Source of the DNA: Candidatus Aminicenantes bacterium
GTDB lineage: Bacteria; Acidobacteriota; Aminicenantia; JBFLYD01; JBBIMS01
Length of the DNA stretch: 26,128 nt
Reading direction: 5' to 3'
Assembly: GCA_037444285.1 (NCBI GenBank)
Contig: JBBIMS010000001.1
Location: 1 to 26,128 of the forward strand
Below, piece by piece: positions 8,240-14,650 of this stretch. The notes under the pieces are model-generated. The model saw nothing but the letters and a program-made list of their open reading frames with translations, was not told the origin of the DNA and did no database searches. Each line of letters starts with the position of its first letter. Positions within the stretch are counted from its first letter, which is position 1. The translations under genes were made by a program, and so were the position numbers.

Positions 8240-8619
8240 AAATTCTTTCCATAAGTCTTTGGGCGGGCTCTTTCTGGGATTGGATTGCTTCTTTCCTTAT
8301 ACTTTTCTTTCCCTCAACTGTTCTTCTTTTTGGAGTTCCATACCCTCAAGAAATTATGTATTTTAGATTCGCAGGTTTACTCCTCTTTATCCTTCCCTTC
8401 TTCTACATTCAAGCTGCCCTGAGACCAGAAAAGGAGAAAGGAATAGTTATAGGGGCAATTATTGCAAGGTTTTCAGGATACATTTTTCTCAGCGTCCACT
8501 ATTTCTTCTTCTCTGCAAAGCTTCTATTTTTTATCTTTGGAATTGTTGACTTAATTTTTGGATTGTGGCATCTTTTATCTTTGATTCCCATGAAAACTAT
8601 CAACAGGAGGGAGAAATGA
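8224..8619 (+). CDS. Hypothetical integral membrane protein, about 4 TM helices
   Basis: 131-aa ORF overlapping both neighbours; four hydrophobic segments, two containing an embedded Asp (FWDWIA, IVDLIFG). Confidence 0.75.
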   Translation: MEKRLKILSISLWAGSFWDWIASFLILFFPSTVLLFGVPYPQEIMYFRFAGLLLFILPFFYIQAALRPEKEKGIVIGAIIARFSGYIFLSVHYFFFSAKLLFFIFGIVDLIFGLWHLLSLIPMKTINRREK

Positions 8620-9497
8620 AAAAATCAAAAATTTTAATTACGCTTTTTTTCACATTGACAGTTTTTCTTTTATCCGATGAAAGGGATGTTTTGAGAAAAG
8701 TTCGTGAGCTCTACTCCCAGAAGAATTATGAGGCTGCTCTTTCTGAGATTGAAAAAGGGATAAAGGAATTTGGCGAAACAAGAAATCTTTTAAGCGCAAA
8801 GTATGGTATTCTGATGGAAATGGGAAAATATGAAGCTGCATTAGAAACTGCAATTAAGAAGGATAAGCTCTCAGAGAAGAAAAGCCCCTGGAATTCCTTT
8901 GATGTTATGATGGCTTATCTCAAACTAAAGAACGAGAATAAGGCTATAGAATGGCTTGAAGAATCAATAAACAGGGGGTTCATCTCCTATTCTGAGTTTG
9001 AGAGTAAAGAGTTTGACCCCATAAGGAATAACCCTAAGTTTAAGAAGGTTGTATCTCTTTTGATGGATAAGATTGGCATTGGAAAAACTGCAAAGGATTT
9101 CACTGTTGAGACAATTTCAGGTAAAAAATTTACCCTTTCTGAGCAAAAGGGGAAAGTGATCCTTTTACAGTTCTGGGCAAGCTGGTGTCCTGGTTGCAGG
9201 GAAGAGATGCCAAATGTAAAAAGGTGTTATGAGGAATTTAAAGATAAAGGATTTGATGTGATAGGAATAAGCCTTGATAATAACAAAGAGAATATGATGA
9301 AATATCTTGAAGGGGTTGGTGTAAAATGGGAAATTTCCTTTAGCGGAAAAGGTTGGGATGATGACATTGTAAAGCTTTACGGAGTTAACTCAATTCCATC
9401 CCTCTGGCTTGTGGACAGGAAGGGGATTCTGAGATACTTCGATGTTAGAGGTGAGGATTTGAGAAAAGCTATTTCAGAGCTTGTTTCTGAAAGGTGA
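8616..9497 (+). CDS. Exported TPR-domain TlpA/ResA-like thiol-disulfide oxidoreductase
   Basis: Start moved to ATG 8616 (ATGA overlap, GGAGGGAG upstream). Signal MKKSKILITLFFTLTVFLLS, TPR-like helices, then GKTAKDFTVETISG, GKVILLQFWASWCPGCREEMP, YGVNSIPSLWLVDRKG. Confidence 0.88.
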   Translation: MKKSKILITLFFTLTVFLLSDERDVLRKVRELYSQKNYEAALSEIEKGIKEFGETRNLLSAKYGILMEMGKYEAALETAIKKDKLSEKKSPWNSFDVMMAYLKLKNENKAIEWLEESINRGFISYSEFESKEFDPIRNNPKFKKVVSLLMDKIGIGKTAKDFTVETISGKKFTLSEQKGKVILLQFWASWCPGCREEMPNVKRCYEEFKDKGFDVIGISLDNNKENMMKYLEGVGVKWEISFSGKGWDDDIVKLYGVNSIPSLWLVDRKGILRYFDVRGEDLRKAISELVSER

Positions 9498-9531
9498 AAA
9501 TTAGAGAAAAGATCTAAAAAGGAAATTTTCC

Positions 9532-11634
9532 ATGGAAAAAAGAAGCTTTATTTTTACCTTAATCTTTATCTTCTTACTCTCCCTTTTCCTTTATTCTCAG
9601 ACAGATTTGTCGGATGAAATTAAGGAAATAGAAACATTTATAAAGAACCAGATGGAGGTAGATAAAGTTCCTGGAATTGCATTGGGAATTATGAAAGGAG
9701 ACTTTACATGGGCTAAGGGATTTGGTTTCTCTGACCTTGAGAATAAAATACCCATGAAAGAAATCTCCTCATTCAGGCTCGCATCCGTTACAAAACCAAT
9801 GACTGCAACAGCAATACTTCAGCTTTCTGAGAAGGGGAAAATAAACCTTGATGATGAGGTTCAGAAGTATGTCCCATATTTTCCGAGGAAAAATTATCCT
9901 GTTATAATCCGCTATCTTCTCGGGCATCTTGGAGGAATTCCCCATTACAGATCCTACGACGAACTCCACATTAAAACCACCAAGGATACAAAGGAAGCAA
10001 TTGAAATTTTTGCCAATTATGACCTTGTTGCAGAACCAGGAACGGTCTATCATTATTCAAGCTACGGATACAATCTCCTCGGAGCTGTTATAGAAGGAGC
10101 ATCAAAAACCTCCTATGGAAAATACATGGAAGAGAACATCTGGAAACCCCTTGGAATGAATAACACCTGCATGGATTCCCCGGATGAAATTATCCCCAAC
10201 AGGGTAAAGGGTTATAGAGTCTTAGAGGGAGAAATTAAAAATTCAGAATTTGTTGATATGAGCAGTAGATTCGCAGGAGGTGGGACACGCTCAACAGTGA
10301 TTGACCTCTTGAAATTTGTGAAGGGTTTAAGGGAAGGAAAAGCAATCTCAAAGGAGTCCCTTGAAAAAATGTTCACCTCCATGATCACAAAAAGAGGGGA
10401 GATAACCAATTATGGATATGGTTGGTTTGTAAGACCATTAAATGGACATTTCTTTGTCTACCACACAGGCTCCCAGCAAGAGACAAGGACCTTCCTCGGA
10501 TATTTGCCGAAAAAAGATATTGCAGTATCCTTTGCCTGCAACCTTGAGGGGATAAATCCCTCCCTTTACGGCTTAAGAGTAATACAAATTATCCTTGATG
10601 AGCCTTTAAACATTAACCCTTACACAGGAGATCCTGTTGATACAATAATTCTACAGGGAATGACATTGGTCTTCAATTATGGTATGAGCTATTTTGAAAG
10701 ATATGGAAAGGCTTTCACTGAGAATAAAAAGGAGATGGAGGATTCCTTTTCCTTTTTCAAGAAAATCACCGACAGGGAACTCATAGCAAAAAATCCAGTT
10801 GGAACAAGAAGAGAAATTCTTGATGGAGTTCATCCAAAAGCAGGACAACCATTTCAAAAGCTTGGCTCCTTCATGGCTTATAAATTGAAGAACAAATTTG
10901 GAGAAAAAAGAATTGAGCATTACTACAAATATGGGACGATAGCATTTTTCTCAGACTACATAAACCTTGAAAGGGAAGATGGGAGCTTGCCTCCTGAATA
11001 CAAATTCAAGGAGGATTTTGAAAAAAAGGTAAAAAACTGGGAGGCGGATTGGTTAAGAACATTGAACGATTACACAAGAACCCTTTTCATAGGAGCATTC
11101 TCAGAACCTGAAGAATTGAAAAAGAATCTAAGGAAAAATTTTTCTGGAGCAAAGATCTATCCCGATTTTTCTCTCCAGCTATGGGAATCTGTGAGAAGGC
11201 TTTATTTAAATGGAAGATATGAGAAGGCAATAGAGCTTGCAAAGCTCTCAAAGGAACTCTATCCTGAATCTTCTATTTCCAGTGTTTCCCTTGCCAATGC
11301 ATATATTGCATCAGGGGATCTTCAATCAGCAAGAGCTTTTTACAAAGAAGCATTTCAAGCAAAAATTCATAAGGAAGCTGTTGAAAACAATGCCATAATA
11401 AGCTACGCAGAAGATTTTGCAAGCTTTAAAATGTTTAACAAAGGAATTGATTTGATGAATTTAATTTTAGATCTATCCCTTTCTAAATCCCCTTTCAATG
11501 AAGAAATCGGGAAATTGCTCCTCAGAAAAGCAAAGGATTATTTTGATAAAGCTGTCAAAGAAGACCCAACGAACGAATCAGCTCGAAAATTTCTTAAAAA
11601 GATAAAAGAGATGGAAAGGGAGATAGATTTTTAG
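9532..11634 (+). CDS. Exported serine hydrolase of the beta-lactamase class C/PBP fold with long C-terminal extension ending in TPR-like helices
   Basis: Signal peptide; VPGIALGI, GFGFSDLE, FRLASVTK (SxxK), LLGHLGGI, YHYSSYGYNLLG, YGYGW, HTGS. Confidence 0.88.
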   Translation: MEKRSFIFTLIFIFLLSLFLYSQTDLSDEIKEIETFIKNQMEVDKVPGIALGIMKGDFTWAKGFGFSDLENKIPMKEISSFRLASVTKPMTATAILQLSEKGKINLDDEVQKYVPYFPRKNYPVIIRYLLGHLGGIPHYRSYDELHIKTTKDTKEAIEIFANYDLVAEPGTVYHYSSYGYNLLGAVIEGASKTSYGKYMEENIWKPLGMNNTCMDSPDEIIPNRVKGYRVLEGEIKNSEFVDMSSRFAGGGTRSTVIDLLKFVKGLREGKAISKESLEKMFTSMITKRGEITNYGYGWFVRPLNGHFFVYHTGSQQETRTFLGYLPKKDIAVSFACNLEGINPSLYGLRVIQIILDEPLNINPYTGDPVDTIILQGMTLVFNYGMSYFERYGKAFTENKKEMEDSFSFFKKITDRELIAKNPVGTRREILDGVHPKAGQPFQKLGSFMAYKLKNKFGEKRIEHYYKYGTIAFFSDYINLEREDGSLPPEYKFKEDFEKKVKNWEADWLRTLNDYTRTLFIGAFSEPEELKKNLRKNFSGAKIYPDFSLQLWESVRRLYLNGRYEKAIELAKLSKELYPESSISSVSLANAYIASGDLQSARAFYKEAFQAKIHKEAVENNAIISYAEDFASFKMFNKGIDLMNLILDLSLSKSPFNEEIGKLLLRKAKDYFDKAVKEDPTNESARKFLKKIKEMEREIDF

Positions 11635-11824
11635 ATTTCAACAAAAGGGTTAATCCTCATTTTTCACTCAACAACCTTCTTCAATATTCTTTTCTCCATT
11701 CCTCTTTTAAACCTCATACAGCTTGGCTTACTACAGTATATCTCAGGAAATTAAGATTTCGAGGAATTTCTTAAAATCTTATTCTATGTATATTGGATTC
11801 TTCACATCTTCCCTTCTTTAAGAT

Positions 11825-11876
11825 AAAAAGCTCGCATACTCAATTCTTTGTCAAGTTTGAAGATCCGAGCTCTTTT
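11825..11876 (-). terminator. Long imperfect hairpin plus U-tract, probable intrinsic (possibly bidirectional) terminator
   Basis: Minus RNA AAAAGAGCUCG...UCAA...UUGA...CGAGCUUUUU, starting 8 nt after the stop at 11884, between convergent operons. Confidence 0.6.
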
Positions 11877-11883
11877 GTCCCTT

Positions 11884-12153
11884 TCAAATAGTCTCTATCT
11901 CAAAGAGAACCCCTTTGGGATCCGGACATACAAGTTCCTTTGTTTCTGCAATCCAGTCATCCTGAGGGAGTTCTTCCTCCCTCTGCTTTGCTGTCAGGAA
12001 AGGCATAAGGGCATTTAAAGCGTAGATGCAGGTGAATTTACCCTGAGGAATTTCTATTTTCCCATATCCTCTTATGTAAAAAACATCTCCAACTTTCAAA
12101 TTTGCACCACACCTCTCTTTAATTTCCTTTACCCTAATTACAAGGTCTTTCAT
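11884..12153 (-). CDS. TIGR04076-like small Cys-rich protein
   Basis: 89 aa; RCGANLKVGDVF, CIYALNALMPFL and CPDP-GVLFEIE match the family pattern as I recall it; strong SD GGAGG. Confidence 0.82.
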   Translation of the reverse strand: MKDLVIRVKEIKERCGANLKVGDVFYIRGYGKIEIPQGKFTCIYALNALMPFLTAKQREEELPQDDWIAETKELVCPDPKGVLFEIETI

Positions 12154-12165
12154 TTGCCCTCCTTC

Positions 12166-13929
12166 TTATAAAATTTTTAAATCTTCTTCCAATTTTTTAA
12201 GCTCATCTTTTCCAACAGGGACACCATCCTTTTTTATTTCAACAACAATTTTTACCTTCCCTTTTCTCTCAAATCTTATCAACGATATTTCATAGTCCTT
12301 AAGGACATTGAAAATCTTTTCCATAGGTTTCCATGATGGATCAGAAATTATACCTAAGACGGACAGAAAAGTTTTTTTGAGCGGTATTGTTCTGCTCTCA
12401 ATTAAAAATTCTGCTTCTCTGCGAAGGATATCGTATATAAATTTCACAAGCTCAGCGATTTCCTCAGCAGGTGAGCTCATTCTGTAAAAATCTTCTATAT
12501 TGAAATAAATTTCCCTCAGCTCCCTTTCTTCTATCTCTGGAACCAATCTTCTCAGCTCATGGAATTTTATGGAATCAATTTCCCTCATCCCTTCATCAAA
12601 ATCCCTATAGTCACCAATTGCATCCTTCAACCCTTTCTTTATTCTTTTATATAGATCATCGACACTGGCAAATTGCATAAGATCAACACTCATATCAAAT
12701 ATACCCACCTGAACATCTCCGTATTGTTTTGGAGGGTTTGTGGCATAAACTTTTAGTCCCCCTATTGATTCAAGGTAGGGGATGCATCTGTATCCGTAAG
12801 ATTCTTTTTGTGGACAATAAATGGCAAGGATAATTTTGAAATCAATTCTGAACTCTGAAGCATTAACAACACTCATAAACACTTGAGATTTTTTGGTTTC
12901 TTTCGCCTCCTTTATAAGAAACGGAATTATAGCTCGGGCATAATGCTCGAATCCTCCAATCTTAATTTGAAACTCCTGGGTTCTCAACCTTCTTTTCGAA
13001 ATTGTGGAAATAAGGTTTCTCTTTATTGTCTCAATATCCTCTTTCTTGTAAGGATTCCCATCTTCATCAACAATTTCAATCCTTATTACCGTAATATTGT
13101 CAGGAGTGGTAAATTCCTTATGATGCTTTATAATATAGCCTGGAACAGAAATATCAAGGGCTCTTAGACAATCTTCAAGGAAGATATCCCTTGCATACCA
13201 CGCAATTGTAATACCTGTAAAATCACCCTTTTTAGTCCAAAGGTTTTCAATAATTACCTGTGGCTCCTTTTTCTCTCTAACATCTTTCACCAGCCTGTAA
13301 TTGTTTATTATTATTCTTGCTATATCCTCTATTTTCCTCTCCTCAATATACTCCCTTGACCTTGCAGAAAAAAACTTAAAAGCCTCGCCATCCCCTCCAA
13401 CAATATTCTCAATATCCTCTCCCTTGTAAATCTCCCCTATTTCCTCTACAACTTGACTATAAATTCTTAATTTTCGAGCCTCCTCAGATAAAAGGGATGT
13501 CTTTGAGGAGACTCCTGTGGAAACTTTTTTGATATTTGAAATTATCTCTTCCTTCTGGGATAGAAATCTCTCCTCTTCTTCTTTATTTTCAAGGAGAACT
13601 GCTAATATTATAACGCCTACCTTTTCATTCTTATATGTTAGGGAATAGCCATTGAGCCTGAAAAGGTTCCAACCTTTTTCGTGGATTGTTCCTATTGCAG
13701 ACTGAGAAAGCCCAGGCCAATCAGGAGCAGCAACGCCAACAACTCCGACATGGGGAAAATTCTGGTTCTCATAAACAATTTTGAAAATGATACTTGTTCT
13801 CTCTCTTTCCCAGAGGCTGAGAAGTTCGTTGATTAAAGGAATTTGTTCATCTGCATGAAAAAAAGCGAGAGAATTCCTGAGCTCTTTAATTATTTCTTCT
13901 TTCCTCTCAGCTTCAGTCAAAATATTCAT
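12166..13929 (-). CDS. Hypothetical protein, apparently four ACT-like repeats with helical linkers and no catalytic domain
   Basis: 587-aa ORF; APDWPGLSQSAIGTIHEKGWNL resembles the ACT start motif; KEFTTPDNITVIRIEIVDEDGNP resembles a GlnD-type ACT; repeated [FY]F...Y...IA helical linkers. Confidence 0.7.
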   Translation of the reverse strand: MNILTEAERKEEIIKELRNSLAFFHADEQIPLINELLSLWERERTSIIFKIVYENQNFPHVGVVGVAAPDWPGLSQSAIGTIHEKGWNLFRLNGYSLTYKNEKVGVIILAVLLENKEEEERFLSQKEEIISNIKKVSTGVSSKTSLLSEEARKLRIYSQVVEEIGEIYKGEDIENIVGGDGEAFKFFSARSREYIEERKIEDIARIIINNYRLVKDVREKKEPQVIIENLWTKKGDFTGITIAWYARDIFLEDCLRALDISVPGYIIKHHKEFTTPDNITVIRIEIVDEDGNPYKKEDIETIKRNLISTISKRRLRTQEFQIKIGGFEHYARAIIPFLIKEAKETKKSQVFMSVVNASEFRIDFKIILAIYCPQKESYGYRCIPYLESIGGLKVYATNPPKQYGDVQVGIFDMSVDLMQFASVDDLYKRIKKGLKDAIGDYRDFDEGMREIDSIKFHELRRLVPEIEERELREIYFNIEDFYRMSSPAEEIAELVKFIYDILRREAEFLIESRTIPLKKTFLSVLGIISDPSWKPMEKIFNVLKDYEISLIRFERKGKVKIVVEIKKDGVPVGKDELKKLEEDLKIL

Positions 13930-13938
13930 TCCATCTCC

Positions 13939-13967
13939 ATTATAAAAATTGAAAGATTAAAAATCAA
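13939..13967 (-). promoter_or_regulatory. Internal sigma70-type promoter for the ACT-repeat/TIGR04076 pair
   Basis: Minus strand TTGATT (13967-13962), 17-nt spacer, TATAAT (13944-13939); ATG 13929 follows after 9 nt. Confidence 0.65.
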
Positions 13968-14011
13968 TTTCAGCAAATAACGGGAAAGGAGCTACAGAAA
14001 AGGGCTATCTC

Positions 14012-14650
14012 TTATCGAGCATTTAGAATATTCTTTATATCATTTTCGCTAAGGAGAATATTGATTTCGTGGAAGGACCTTCTCTCCTTTATCCATTCAT
14101 TAATTATTTCCTTTGTTTTCTCCCTGGCTATTTCCTTTTCTATCAATGGTGTCATCTCAAGAAGAGAGCGAGGGGGGATTTCAAACCTTTCTGTAATCGG
14201 GATATATTTTTTTTTGTAATATTCCTCAATCTCTTCAAGACTCACTGAAACCCTTGAGTAGAAAAGGTTTTCAATGAGTTTTTTCGAGGTTATTTTTTTA
14301 GAGAGGATTTTTCTCAAATCATCCCAGCTCATATCAAGCATATTGAGAATCTCAAGAACTACATCAAGTCCACCAAGTTCTGAAATTATCCTTTCTTCCT
14401 CCTCCACATAATCCTCTTCTTTGATTTCCTCCCTTTCAGTTATCTCCTTTTGAATTACTGAAGAGTCTATAAGCTCATTCAGACAATCCATTACAGATTC
14501 AGGGTTCTTTTCACTCCTTGAGCAAATGTGGAGGAGGTAGGAAGCCTTGAGCTCTCTAAAGGTTATAATTTCTGTGTCAACTGTCGCTGCAATCTTGTCT
14601 AAAAAAATCTTCTGAGAAAATATAAAGAGAAATAATAAACTAAAACTCAT
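14012..14650 (-). CDS. SurA N-terminal-domain-like periplasmic chaperone without parvulin domain
   Basis: LDKIAATVDTEIITFREL, LNELIDSSVIQKE, VSVSLEEIEEYYKK, EWIKERRS follow the SurA_N pattern; overlaps the Omp85 stop. Confidence 0.75.
   Translation of the reverse strand: MSFSLLFLFIFSQKIFLDKIAATVDTEIITFRELKASYLLHICSRSEKNPESVMDCLNELIDSSVIQKEITEREEIKEEDYVEEEERIISELGGLDVVLEILNMLDMSWDDLRKILSKKITSKKLIENLFYSRVSVSLEEIEEYYKKKYIPITERFEIPPRSLLEMTPLIEKEIAREKTKEIINEWIKERRSFHEINILLSENDIKNILNAR

Noticed and set aside
2315-10920. Minus-strand ORFs inside the plus-strand operon (2315, 3263, 3384, 6493, 7594, 8650, 9769, 10212, 10651)
   Set aside because: F/S/I/L/P-rich mirror translations of purine-rich sense genes; no motifs recognised.
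9532-11634. Calling the serine hydrolase an ampC resistance gene
   Set aside because: 700 aa, YSS instead of YxN, and a long TPR-like tail; the fold is shared by many peptidases and esterases.
11664-11760. In-frame TGA codons as selenocysteine or recoding
   Set aside because: TGA is a normal stop in many genes here, the same frame has a TAA upstream, and no SECIS or redox motif is evident.
11849-11854. TTGACA as a promoter -35 on the minus strand
   Set aside because: No -10-like hexamer at 16-18 nt; it lies in the hairpin apex.
12166-13929. Annotation as GlnD or NAD-glutamate dehydrogenase
   Set aside because: No nucleotidyltransferase, HD, GDH catalytic or Rossmann motif recognised; only regulatory-type repeats.
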